Below are positions 26,124-36,301 of a DNA stretch of 63,492 nucleotides, piece by piece. Numbering within the stretch: the first letter of the stretch is position 1; each line of letters begins with the position of its first letter. The notes below the pieces were generated by a model. That model had not been told where the DNA came from. It saw only the letters and a list, made by a program, of their open reading frames with translations, and ran no database searches. Origin of the DNA: an uncultured Clostridiaceae bacterium (GTDB lineage Bacteria > Bacillota > Clostridia > Monoglobales > Firm-18); contig CAYVWT010000001.1 in NCBI GenBank assembly GCA_964455565.1, forward strand, positions 1-63,492, given 5' to 3'. A program made the position numbers and the translations under genes.

Positions 26124-27677
26124 TTAATTACTTGAAAGTAAATTATAAAAAATTTCTGCTGCTATTGCACGGGTTACTATTTGCTTTGGTGCAAAGGCAT
26201 TGCCACGAATAATTTTAAGCCCCTTTGCTATCGCCGCATAACCAATGAGCTTTCTGTCTATCATTCCCTCATCAACAAAATCTGTCTTATAGGTATCCTC
26301 AAGCTCTGCTATGTCGGTATAGCCAAGCAAACGAACAAGGTATTTTATTGCTTGCTCCTTTGTTATTTCTGCATCCTCGTCCTGTTCATAAATTGTAATT
26401 ATATTTTCTGCCAGCAATCTTTCATAAAAATCATAGGTATCCGTTGTTTTATATTTTTCCATAGCAATAAGTGCTAATTTCAAATAATCTCGCTGTGTTA
26501 TACTTTCCTCTGGTCTATAAAGTTCCACTTGCTTTATGACTCCACAAGCCGCCAGTGTATTTATATGCTTTTGCGAAGGGTGTCCCTCTATATCAGTAAA
26601 TGAAATTGGAACATCATCTTCATAAGGCTTTCCGTATTCGTTTGTTAGCTTGCCCGTCTTTGCATCAACAAAAAGTGGCTTATTTGGCTTAAAGCTATAT
26701 ACCAGCATAATATCTACGTCCCTTGCGCTCTCAGGACTTGTCACATTTTTCTTTGCCTTAGCAATATATTGAAGTTCAAAGCCCACACGGGTTATAAGCT
26801 CATTATATGCAGAGGTTGCCGAAACAACACTATCAACAGGCTTTGTAAGTGGCGCTTCAACATCTGGTGCTTTGTATGAATTCATATTTACTAAAAATTT
26901 ATTCCCATTAGGAAGCTTAGCATCTATAACCTCGCCTGTATATGCACTTATGTAATTATTTCCATTTATATTTGTTGAATATTGCAAATTTTTAGTATTC
27001 CCAGTAGCATCATCGTAATAACGAGTATACCCAAGCTTTACACCTATTTTTTCTTTAAACATTTTTTCTGCAACATCAACTGAAATTGCATTTGCTGGAT
27101 TAGAGAATTTTTCAAAATCATCCCAAGCCACCTGTAATTCCTTTAAAGTGGAATTATTTGCACCAATTGATACAACTATATAATTATTATAATATGGCAC
27201 ACCATTTTCATATCGGTAAAACAAAATAGTATAGCTTCCACTATTGCGAGCAATGTAATTTTTCTTAAAATTTGGCTTAATATGGCTTGCAAGCTCTGGG
27301 CAAATTTTAGAAATATACTTTTTTGCAATGTTTTCTGCGCTGTTATAATCAATTACTGACAGCTTATAATCACCGTTAAAATCGCCATATTCATAGTGAC
27401 TGTAATATATAATTCTGCCCTTTTCATCTACCTTTGCTGAAATGTTTCCACCATTTTGTGTATCTGTGTTTTCACCAGTCCAATAAAGGTGAAAAATTTG
27501 CGAATTCCTTGTCATTTCTATATTACTATTAAATTTGGTATAATTATCTTGAATATCTATCTTAGCCCTTGCACTTTTAATTGCGTTTTCAAGGAGCTTG
27601 TCCGTTTCTGCAAATGCTGGAATTGTGCTTATTATAAATATAAAAATCATTAAAATTGCTATTAACCTACTTTTCAT
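26124..27677 (-). CDS. exported repeat protein with C-terminal SLH-like repeats (paralog of 3843-5843)
   Basis: Signal peptide MKSRLIAILMIFIFIISTIPAFA after SD GGGGAGG. Shared N-terminal module and C-terminal SLH-like repeats (ITKEQAIKYLVRLLGY..., YAAIAKGLKIIRG). Confidence 0.6.
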   Translation of the reverse strand: MKSRLIAILMIFIFIISTIPAFAETDKLLENAIKSARAKIDIQDNYTKFNSNIEMTRNSQIFHLYWTGENTDTQNGGNISAKVDEKGRIIYYSHYEYGDFNGDYKLSVIDYNSAENIAKKYISKICPELASHIKPNFKKNYIARNSGSYTILFYRYENGVPYYNNYIVVSIGANNSTLKELQVAWDDFEKFSNPANAISVDVAEKMFKEKIGVKLGYTRYYDDATGNTKNLQYSTNINGNNYISAYTGEVIDAKLPNGNKFLVNMNSYKAPDVEAPLTKPVDSVVSATSAYNELITRVGFELQYIAKAKKNVTSPESARDVDIMLVYSFKPNKPLFVDAKTGKLTNEYGKPYEDDVPISFTDIEGHPSQKHINTLAACGVIKQVELYRPEESITQRDYLKLALIAMEKYKTTDTYDFYERLLAENIITIYEQDEDAEITKEQAIKYLVRLLGYTDIAELEDTYKTDFVDEGMIDRKLIGYAAIAKGLKIIRGNAFAPKQIVTRAIAAEIFYNLLSSN

Positions 27678-27746
27678 AATCAAACCTCCCCTATAAATAA
27701 TATCATTATTCAAGATTTATAGCAATGGATTTAACTAAACTGTAAT

Positions 27747-27773
27747 GAAAAAGTAGGCGTTGCCTACTTTTTC
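27747..27773 (-). terminator. intrinsic terminator overlapping the DUF4397 gene stop
   Basis: GAAAAAGTAGGC-GTT-GCCTACTTTTTC. Confidence 0.7.
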
Positions 27774-28368
27774 AAGCCTTATCCTCTAAAATTAGTGCCG
27801 ATAATGGTGGCTCTGCGCCAGCAAGCCCTATAACATATACCGAATAAATTTTCCCTTTTTTAAGCTCTACATCTTTAACTGTAAGCACCGTTTTATCTGT
27901 TCCTGCAACATTTATTTTAAGCGTATGCTTGCCCACACCAACAGGCTTATACATTGAAACCTGTTTATATGCAAGGTTTGAAAATAATTTTACACCTTCT
28001 TCTGTTAAAACATCAACAGCAGGGGCGTTAGGTGACAGGTGAATAGCCCGAATAAGTGAACGGTTTAGATAATGGTTAATTTCTGGTTCGTTGATTTTTT
28101 GGAGTGCAATATTTTCTAATTTGTTAATTATAGCAACTGTGCTGTGTGTTCTTGCAAACACCCATAAATTTTTTATAATTACAGGGTTTTTGCGAGTACC
28201 TGCAACAAAAACTTGAATACGCACAACACCAGATTCTACCTCTAAATAGCGAGTAGCCTTTCCATACTTTAAGTCTTTAAACAATAGCTGTCCATTTGCA
28301 TAAACATCTACCGACGGAGCATTTGGGCTTGCGTGTAATAATCGTATATAAGCTGGTTTATTAAACAA
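27772..28368 (-). CDS. DUF4397 domain protein
   Basis: Two repeats of the LHASPNAPSVDVY / HLSPNAPAVDVL type. TTG 28368 lies 6 nt after AAGGAGA and is more plausible than the track start 28434. Confidence 0.65.
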   Translation of the reverse strand: MFNKPAYIRLLHASPNAPSVDVYANGQLLFKDLKYGKATRYLEVESGVVRIQVFVAGTRKNPVIIKNLWVFARTHSTVAIINKLENIALQKINEPEINHYLNRSLIRAIHLSPNAPAVDVLTEEGVKLFSNLAYKQVSMYKPVGVGKHTLKINVAGTDKTVLTVKDVELKKGKIYSVYVIGLAGAEPPLSALILEDKA

Positions 28369-28433
28369 AAGAATTCTCCTTTCATATTGTCTTATTACAG
28401 TATATGAGGGAGAAAGTTTTAGTGTGTTTAACA

Positions 28434-28468
28434 AATTAGTATTATACTAATTAACGAAAAATTAGTAT
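28434..28468. repeat. cluster of three AATTAGTAT/ATACTAATT motifs (19-bp perfect palindrome plus one extra copy)
   Basis: AATTAGTAT-T-ATACTAATT at 28434-28452 and AAATTAGTAT at 28459-28468, in the divergent intergenic region. Confidence 0.7.
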
Positions 28469-28529
28469 CTATCATATTATATTATATTTCTGTATATAAT
28501 AGATATTACGTTAGAAGGAGGTTAGATTA

Positions 28530-28655
28530 GTGAACCATTGCAAGAAAAAAGAAGAAAGAATTGTTGTAATAAAGAAGCCCAAACCCAAAGAAGAAGAGGA
28601 TTTGGACGATTTCATATTCAAAGATGAACCTGTTAAGCTCCATTCAGAGAGGTAA
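28530..28655 (+). CDS. candidate 41-aa highly charged small protein (not in ORF track)
   Basis: GTG lies 8 nt after GAAGGAGG. Sequence MNHCKKKEERIVVIKKPKPKEEEDLDDFIFKDEPVKLHSER. The 3' end overlaps the convergent dus gene by 23 nt. Confidence 0.35.
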   Translation: MNHCKKKEERIVVIKKPKPKEEEDLDDFIFKDEPVKLHSER

Positions 28656-29598
28656 GCAGGGCGCACATTTCATCATACGTTTTAGCTGCTGTAATCTGGT
28701 TTTTAATCCTAACGCTATCTGCCATACCCTTTATATACCAGATTGCATGCTTGCGAGCCTCTCTTATGCCTACATATTCACCCTTATACTTAATAATAAG
28801 CGCTATATGGCGTTTTGCAAGCTCAATCCTCTCGGTTTGTGTTGGTTTTGGCAAAAGCTCTCCTGTGCTCAAATAATGCACAGTATCCCGCAAAAGATAT
28901 GGGTTGCCAAGCGTTCCACGCCCTAACATAACCGCCGAACAGCCAGTTTCGACAAGCATACGCTTTGCATCAACTGGCGAAAATATATCGCCATTGCCTA
29001 CAACAGGAATATTTACAGCATTTACAACTTTTTTGATTATGTCCCAGTCTGCCTTTCCTGTGTACATTTGAGCAACTGTGCGACCGTGTATCGTAAGCAT
29101 CGAAGCGCCACTTTGTTCAGCAATTTTTGCTATCTCTACTGCATTTATATTATTATCGTCCCAGCCCTTGCGAATTTTCACCGAAACAGGCACTGGCGAA
29201 TTCTTAACTACACCTTCAATAACAGCGCCGAAAATATCTGGTGACTTCATAAGTGCACCACCATCTCCATTACCTGTAATTTTAGGCGTTGGGCAACCAC
29301 TATTAATATCTAAAAAGCTTGCTCCATACATTAACGATTTTTTCACAACCTGCGACATAATTTCTGGCTCGTGCCCAAAAATTTGTGCGGCTGCTGGTTT
29401 TTCACAATCGTCAACATAGAGTAAGCTCGATGTTTTTTTGTCATTATAATAAAGTCCCTTAGAGCTAACCATTTCTGTAAACGTTAGCCCTGCGCCAAAT
29501 TCCTTGGCAATTTCACGAAATGCCCTGTCGGTAACCCCTGCCATTGGCGCAAGAAATACGTTGTTTTGCAAATTGTAAACCAAATTAAATTTTCCCAT
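28633..29598 (-). CDS. dusB: tRNA-dihydrouridine synthase (DusB-like)
   Basis: Dus family TIM barrel (LAPMAGVTD, NSGCP, catalytic Cys). Confidence 0.92.
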   Translation of the reverse strand: MGKFNLVYNLQNNVFLAPMAGVTDRAFREIAKEFGAGLTFTEMVSSKGLYYNDKKTSSLLYVDDCEKPAAAQIFGHEPEIMSQVVKKSLMYGASFLDINSGCPTPKITGNGDGGALMKSPDIFGAVIEGVVKNSPVPVSVKIRKGWDDNNINAVEIAKIAEQSGASMLTIHGRTVAQMYTGKADWDIIKKVVNAVNIPVVGNGDIFSPVDAKRMLVETGCSAVMLGRGTLGNPYLLRDTVHYLSTGELLPKPTQTERIELAKRHIALIIKYKGEYVGIREARKHAIWYIKGMADSVRIKNQITAAKTYDEMCALLTSLNGA

Positions 29599-30508
29599 CT
29601 TTTAGCATCTCATACAAAACACCCTCACGCAAACCACTGGTGCTAATAATTAGCGATTTTGACGATAATTTCCTCATAAGTACAGCAAGTGGCAAGCTTC
29701 CACCAATTATTATATCAGCACGAGCCTTGCCAACTCCGTCCATTTTTTTGCGTGTTTCAAGCGAGGATTTAGCAAGCTTATTGCAAAGCGCAAAAATGTC
29801 ATTATCGCTCATTTCAAAGCCGTGCATAGAAACGTCATCTTTATCTCTTCTAAGCTTTTCCGTTTTACCAAGCGCCCTAATAGAGCCACCAAGCCCAACT
29901 ATTGGCAGGTTTTTTGCACTTTTAATCCAATTAATTTTATCTATCTCGTCTGAAATTGCTTTTTTTGCAGCAGCAATTTCGGTCTGACTGGTTTTTTTAC
30001 CCTTTAAATATGCTTCTGTAATATTTACAGCACCAAAAGGTATGCTAACAAGCCCATAATGAATTCTATCCCTAACAAGGATAATCTCTGTGCTTGCGCC
30101 ACCTGTGTCAACAATAACACAATCACGAATATCCAGTGTGTTCATAACGCCAAGGTAGTCATAATATGCTTCCTTTTCACCTGTTACAACCTCAAGGTTT
30201 ATTCCAAGCTCTGCAAGTGGCTTTGTTATAGCTTCAGGGTTGCTCGCTATTCTAACAGCCGCAGTGGCTATAGGATATATTTTTTCCACTTCATATTCAA
30301 CTATATGGCGCTTAAATTCACGCATAACATCAAGCATTTTTGCAATCGCATTTGGCTTTAACGTTTTTTCTGCTCCCATTCCTTCGCTTAAACGCACTAT
30401 TTCTTTAAATTGTTCTATAAGCTTGAATTCTCCACCGTGAACCTCTAATATATTCATTCTAACAGAGTTTGAACCAAGGTCAATTATCGCAATTTTAATT
30501 TCAAGCAC
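29585..30508 (-). CDS. Ppx/GppA family phosphatase
   Basis: ASKHA-fold N-terminus IIDLGSNSVRM...DTGGASTE. 307 aa. Confidence 0.85.
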   Translation of the reverse strand: MLEIKIAIIDLGSNSVRMNILEVHGGEFKLIEQFKEIVRLSEGMGAEKTLKPNAIAKMLDVMREFKRHIVEYEVEKIYPIATAAVRIASNPEAITKPLAELGINLEVVTGEKEAYYDYLGVMNTLDIRDCVIVDTGGASTEIILVRDRIHYGLVSIPFGAVNITEAYLKGKKTSQTEIAAAKKAISDEIDKINWIKSAKNLPIVGLGGSIRALGKTEKLRRDKDDVSMHGFEMSDNDIFALCNKLAKSSLETRKKMDGVGKARADIIIGGSLPLAVLMRKLSSKSLIISTSGLREGVLYEMLKDGKI

Positions 30509-30533
30509 CTCTTTCTTGGTTAAAAATTGAGTA

Positions 30534-31997
<1,464 letters not shown>

Positions 31998-32087
31998 TTA
32001 ATCGACCTTCTTTTCAAAATTTAATTTAGTATTACATAGTATATCAAAAGTTAACCCTATCAGTCAACACATAAATTTATACAAATT

Positions 32088-32606
32088 TTATTCCTCAATT
32101 ATTTTTTCAAGTATAATTTTGTACAACTGCGCTGCCTCATTTTCAAAACGCTTTGCAATTTCCTCGGCAGACGCTCTTGTTCCTGCAAAAAGGTTCACTT
32201 CAAGAAGTGGCACACCACTTTCATATATTCCACATTTTGCAAGGTATTTCTTGCGGTCAATCGGAACAATGTCTGCAACAATTTCCCTACCCCTCGCCAT
32301 TTGCGAAAGGGTTTCCTCTGACGTATCATCAATTCTATCACGAATGCTAAGCGGTATCTTGTCCTTAAAAAGGCGCAATGTTTCAAGACCTTTTTCCGTT
32401 ATGTCATACCTATGCTCTCCCTCAACCGTAACAGTTGTCACCATTTGAAGCTTAACCATATCAAGCATAAAGTCTATCATAGTAAAATAGTCTAAAATTT
32501 CACTCCAAACAAGCGTTTCTTGCAGGTTTCCCTCTGTCATAGAAAGCTTAAACGAACGGAGCGTATATAAAATTATTAACCTTGTTTGCACATCATCAAA
32601 ATACAT
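32088..32606 (-). CDS. DUF4364-like protein (winged-helix-like N-terminus), function unknown
   Basis: Family assigned from memory of similar clostridial proteins. Start MYFDD at 32606 after GGGTGA; 32612 is also possible. Confidence 0.45.
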   Translation of the reverse strand: MYFDDVQTRLIILYTLRSFKLSMTEGNLQETLVWSEILDYFTMIDFMLDMVKLQMVTTVTVEGEHRYDITEKGLETLRLFKDKIPLSIRDRIDDTSEETLSQMARGREIVADIVPIDRKKYLAKCGIYESGVPLLEVNLFAGTRASAEEIAKRFENEAAQLYKIILEKIIEE

Positions 32607-32682
32607 TTTCATCACCCATAGTATATAATACCACAATTTACATTTATTTAAAAGTATGTTATTATAAATTTAGGTGATTTTT

Positions 32683-33315
32683 TTGAAAAATAATAAATTT
32701 ATTATAAACAATTTTGAAAAAAGTGGAATAATTGACGTAGGTTTTGCAAAGGTTGAAGCAGAACTTCCTTTTGCTATATCTATTATTGTTCCGCTGTCTA
32801 ACTATGTAATACAGGGAATTACAGATAAGCCAACCTTTGAATATTTTCATCATTATAGGACAGTAAATGCTTTTATAGACAATGCCCTGCTAAAATGTGG
32901 GCTTGAAATTGGTAGAATGGGTTATGACTATTTATGCGTTGGTTCATCTCATTCAGTTGGCGAATATACTGGCAAATTCCAACATAAAACTGCGGCTCGC
33001 CTTGCAGGGCTTGGCAGAATTGGGAAAAGCGCACTTTTTATTTCAGATAAATATGGCGCAGGGGTTAGGCTCGGCACAATACTAACTAATATGCCCTTTG
33101 ACGCAGCAACTCCCTTAGAGAGCGATTGTGGAACTTGCAACGATTGTGTCACAGAATGCCCTGCAATGGCAATTAGAGGCGTAAATTTTCACCCTAACAT
33201 TAAACGAGAGGAAATGTACGACGCCAAAGCGTGTAGCGAATATATGAAACGCAATTTTCAACATATCGGCAGAGGCTCTGTGTGTGGGATATGTATTAGG
33301 GTATGTAAGGGGTAA
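32683..33315 (+). CDS. 4Fe-4S cluster protein related to epoxyqueuosine reductase (QueG-like, short form)
   Basis: CGTCNDCVTECP and CGICIRVC ferredoxin motifs. TTG 32683 lies 5 nt after AGGTGA. Confidence 0.5.
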   Translation: MKNNKFIINNFEKSGIIDVGFAKVEAELPFAISIIVPLSNYVIQGITDKPTFEYFHHYRTVNAFIDNALLKCGLEIGRMGYDYLCVGSSHSVGEYTGKFQHKTAARLAGLGRIGKSALFISDKYGAGVRLGTILTNMPFDAATPLESDCGTCNDCVTECPAMAIRGVNFHPNIKREEMYDAKACSEYMKRNFQHIGRGSVCGICIRVCKG

Positions 33316-33324
33316 TAATATAGA

Positions 33325-33579
33325 TTAAAACCAATATTCCCTCATTTTTTCGAGGAAATCTTTAGTTATTGGGTATCCCGAACTCTCACCAATTATTGAA
33401 TCTATATCACAATATGGACATATTGCGGTACCACTAGTATCCATAACCCAATCTGATATTTCTTTTGGATTAAAGATTTCTAAACAGTAAAAGCACCCAC
33501 AATTGCTATCTTTTAGCAATTGTTCCTTATGATTTGAACAATATTGATGTGCTAACACAATTTCAGACTGAAAATCCAT
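33325..33579 (-). CDS. small Cys-rich (zinc-ribbon-like) cytoplasmic protein, function unknown
   Basis: 84 aa with CGCFYC...CPYCDIDS. SD GGGAGG lies 7 nt before the ATG. The track ORF runs upstream into the tRNA-like region and is over-extended. Confidence 0.7.
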   Translation of the reverse strand: MDFQSEIVLAHQYCSNHKEQLLKDSNCGCFYCLEIFNPKEISDWVMDTSGTAICPYCDIDSIIGESSGYPITKDFLEKMREYWF

Positions 33580-33657
33580 ATTTAAACCTCCCAATATAAA
33601 TGTTACTAAAATAATTATATAACACAATTTTCCAAATATCAATAAATATCTTTCTAT

Positions 33658-33745
33658 AAACAATAGGGTCGAACCTATAGCCCGACCGTGGCATTTGCAA
33701 AGCAAATGCAGTAGGGTTGCACCGAAGGTGCAAGTTCGATCCCAA
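33658..33745 (-). pseudogene. tRNA-Val 3'-fragment copy embedded in a hairpin-rich tRNA-like element
   Basis: 33658-33681 matches the T-arm/acceptor part of tRNA-Val (33801-33824) at 21/24 with a 1-nt deletion in the T-loop. Adjacent hairpins at 33691-33709 and 33717-33733 (UUCG loop), plus an inverted GTTCGATCCC at 33734-33743. Confidence 0.6.
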
Positions 33746-33758
33746 CACATATTATAAT

Positions 33759-33793
33759 AAAAAAATACACTACAAAATCTGCAGTGTATTTTT
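33759..33793 (-). terminator. terminator-like hairpin after tRNA-Val
   Basis: Minus strand: ATACACT-(11 nt)-AGTGTAT followed by TTTTTT. Confidence 0.5.
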
Positions 33794-33869
33794 TGGTGGG
33801 AACAATAGGGATCGAACCTATGACATTCTGCTTGTAAGGCAGACGCTCTCCCAGCTGAGCTATGCTCCC
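33794..33869 (-). tRNA. tRNA-Val (anticodon TAC), CCA encoded
   Basis: Hand-folded cloverleaf: GGGAGCA acceptor, anticodon loop CTTACAA, T-arm ATAGG-TTCGATC-CCTAT, 3' CCA. Confidence 0.9.
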
Positions 33870-33898
33870 ATAATTTAATTTAACTTATTTAACAAGTG

Positions 33899-34061
33899 AT
33901 ACTAATTTCATTTTAAAACATTGAATAGATTGTTAGGATAATTTTTGTCAGACAAGGCGCAGGTTCTTTTGAATACTGTATGTATTCAAAACGGTTCTGC
34001 AACGCAGTATGGCGGAAATTTTACAACAAGATATTTGATGCTTTTAAATTGAAATTAGTAT
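33899..34061. repeat. 163-bp MITE-like element with 21-bp terminal inverted repeats inside the tRNA operon spacer
   Basis: Left ATACTAATTTCATTTTAAAAC (33899-33919) matches the reverse complement of 34040-34061 (ATACTAATTTCAATTTAAAAGC) at 19/21. The core contains a 10-bp hairpin TTTTGAATAC-TGTAT-GTATTCAAAA. Confidence 0.6.
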
Positions 34062-34125
34062 TTAATAGAAGTCTGAAGCCAAAAGTCGGACTAAATCGCA
34101 ACCTTTGACCTCGTTCGACCTCGAA

Positions 34126-34200
34126 TGGTGACCCATAGGGGAATTGAACCCCTGATTCCGCCGTGAAAGGGCAGTGTCTTAACCTCTTGACCAATGGGCC
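34126..34200 (-). tRNA. tRNA-Glu (anticodon TTC), CCA encoded
   Basis: Hand-folded: GGCCCAT acceptor, anticodon loop CTTTCAC, T-loop GGTTCAATTCC, CCA. Confidence 0.9.
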
Positions 34201-34215
34201 ATACTTAAAATTACT

Positions 34216-34292
34216 TGGTAGCGGCAGGTGGACTTGAACCACCGACCTAACGGGTATGAACCGTTTGCTCTAGCCAGCTGAGCCATGCCGCC
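34216..34292 (-). tRNA. tRNA with CAT anticodon (elongator Met-like; Ile2/lysidine type not excluded), CCA encoded
   Basis: Hand-folded: GGCGGCA acceptor, anticodon arm AACGG-TTCATAC-CCGTT, T-loop GGTTCAAGTCC. No initiator features (no GGG/CCC anticodon stem). Confidence 0.85.
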
Positions 34293-34324
34293 ACATAAGC
34301 CGCCGTTAACCAGCGGCAAATGAT

Positions 34325-34353
34325 ATTCTAATACACATTGACACATTTGTCAA
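34325..34353 (-). promoter_or_regulatory. sigma-A promoter of the tRNA operon
   Basis: Minus strand: TTGACA (34353-34348), 17-nt spacer, TAGAAT (34330-34325). Confidence 0.6.
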
Positions 34354-34384
34354 CACTTTTTTGCAAAATAATTTAAAAAATGTT

Positions 34385-36196
34385 TTATACACTCATAAAA
34401 ATTTCTTCAAACCTTACTGCATCTATCGTTTCAATCTCTAATAATTCGTTTGCAACAGCAATAAGCTTTGGCATATTTTGTGTAATTAATTCTGTGCAAT
34501 GCTCGTAAGCTGTGTCGATAAGCGTCTTAATTTCTTCATCAATTTGCGCCGCAACATTTTCGCTGTAATGAGGTGTTTGTGAATAATCCTTGCCTAAAAA
34601 TACCTCTGGGTTTGCAGAGCCAAATGTCATTGGCCCTAAGGTATCACTCATACCATACTTAACAACCATACTCCTTGCAAGTGCTGTTGCACGCTCAATA
34701 TCGTTTGAGGCACCTGTTGAAATATCGTCAAGAGATAGCTTTTCTGCCACTCTACCACCAAGTAGAACGGATATAGTGTCTATCATTTCAAGCTTAGATG
34801 AGTAATATCTATCCTCGGTAGGCAAATGCAAGGTGTAACCACCTGCGCCACCACGAGGGATAATTGAAACCTGATGAACAGGGTCCTGTGATTTTAGAAG
34901 CCTTGTAACAACTGCATGACCTGCCTCATGATATGCTGTGAGCTTACGCTCTTTTTCACTGATAACACGAGCCTTTTTCTCTGGCCCTGCAATAACCTTT
35001 ATAATTGCATCTTCAAATTCTTTCATTCCGATAACTAATTTGTCACGTCTTGCAGAAAGTAGGGCTGCCTCATTTGAAAGGTTTTCCAAATCTGCCCCAG
35101 AAAAGCCTACTGTAGTCTTTGCAATAACAGATAAGCTTACATCATCAGCAAGTGGTTTTTTGCGTGTGTGTACCTTTAAAACTGCTTCCCTACCCTTAAC
35201 ATCTGGAGCACCAACGTGAACCTGTCTGTCGAAACGTCCTGGGCGTAGAAGTGCTGGGTCTAATATGTCTGGTCTGTTAGTTGCCGCTATTATAATTACA
35301 CCTTGATTATCACCAAAGCCATCCATTTCAACCAAAAGCTGATTGAGTGTTTGCTCACGCTCATCATGACCACCACCAAGCCCTGCGCCACGGTGACGAC
35401 CAACTGCGTCAATTTCGTCTATAAATACAATTGAAGGAGCTGCCTTTTTAGCTTGCTCGAATAAATCACGCACACGAGATGCACCAACTCCGACAAACAT
35501 TTCAACAAAGTCTGAACCACTTATGCTGAAAAATGGCACGCCTGCCTCGCCTGCAACTGCCTTTGCGAGTAAGGTTTTACCTGTTCCGGGAGGCCCTACC
35601 AAAAGCAAGCCACGAGGAATTCTTGCGCCAAGCTCTAAAAACTTTTTAGGCTGCTTTAAGAATTCAACTATCTCTTCTAATTCGGCTTTTTCTTCATCTG
35701 CGCCTGCAACATCTTCAAAGGTTACTTTTTTAGCATTTTCATTTACCATTTTCGCCTTACTCTTACCAAACTGCATAACCTTTCCGCCGCCGCCACCCTG
35801 TGACTGCTGCAAAAAGAACACCCAAAACACAACAAAAATTACAACAAGAACAAGTGTTGGCAAGATTGTTATCCACCAAGGTGGAGCTGTTGGTGGCTTT
35901 GGATTAAATTTTAGCGTGCCTGCGTCCATTTGCTTTTTAATAGTATCGCCCAAATCACGATACAGAACGTCCAAAGTAGGTATGGTTACCTCCATTTTCG
36001 TTCCATCGTTAAGTATTGCAGAAGCTTTTTGCTCTACTATTTCAAGCTCTTTTACATTTCCTGTTTGAACTGCCTTGTATAGGTCGGAATACATTTTTGG
36101 TTGACCTGTTGGCATACTTGTATATAAGCCGAAAATTATCAATATAACTGTAAATAACAGTATATAAAAGCTTATACCTTTTACATATTTGTTCAT
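34385..36196 (-). CDS. ftsH: ATP-dependent zinc metalloprotease FtsH
   Basis: Two TM segments, AAA+ [16 protein letters not shown] zinc motif. Confidence 0.98.
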   Translation of the reverse strand: MNKYVKGISFYILLFTVILIIFGLYTSMPTGQPKMYSDLYKAVQTGNVKELEIVEQKASAILNDGTKMEVTIPTLDVLYRDLGDTIKKQMDAGTLKFNPKPPTAPPWWITILPTLVLVVIFVVFWVFFLQQSQGGGGGKVMQFGKSKAKMVNENAKKVTFEDVAGADEEKAELEEIVEFLKQPKKFLELGARIPRGLLLVGPPGTGKTLLAKAVAGEAGVPFFSISGSDFVEMFVGVGASRVRDLFEQAKKAAPSIVFIDEIDAVGRHRGAGLGGGHDEREQTLNQLLVEMDGFGDNQGVIIIAATNRPDILDPALLRPGRFDRQVHVGAPDVKGREAVLKVHTRKKPLADDVSLSVIAKTTVGFSGADLENLSNEAALLSARRDKLVIGMKEFEDAIIKVIAGPEKKARVISEKERKLTAYHEAGHAVVTRLLKSQDPVHQVSIIPRGGAGGYTLHLPTEDRYYSSKLEMIDTISVLLGGRVAEKLSLDDISTGASNDIERATALARSMVVKYGMSDTLGPMTFGSANPEVFLGKDYSQTPHYSENVAAQIDEEIKTLIDTAYEHCTELITQNMPKLIAVANELLEIETIDAVRFEEIFMSV

Positions 36197-36301
36197 ATTT
36201 TCACCTCATTAATGTTGCGCTAATTTATATTATCTCCAATATGTTAACACAATAATATCAAAATTACAATTTAATTTTATATTACAAACACAAAATTTGT
36301 T

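Noticed and set aside
34021-34242. 73-aa minus-strand ORF across the tRNA region, and the N-terminal extension of 33325-33750.
   Set aside because: Both read through tRNA genes or the tRNA-like fragment. The true small CDS starts at 33579 with its own SD.
33658-34292. An integrated prophage or genomic island at the tRNA cluster.
   Set aside because: Only a 24-nt tRNA-Val fragment and a 163-bp non-coding element are present. No integrase, cargo genes or long direct repeats occur in the window.
35523-36068. Long antisense ORFs inside ftsH (35523-36068), nusG (20934-21464), spoIIE (42514-42951), the DEAD-box helicase (45759-46253), trpD (56508-56948) and many 60-150-aa track entries.
   Set aside because: All lie opposite genes with unmistakable family signatures. 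They lack SDs and have shadow-frame composition. No independent support.
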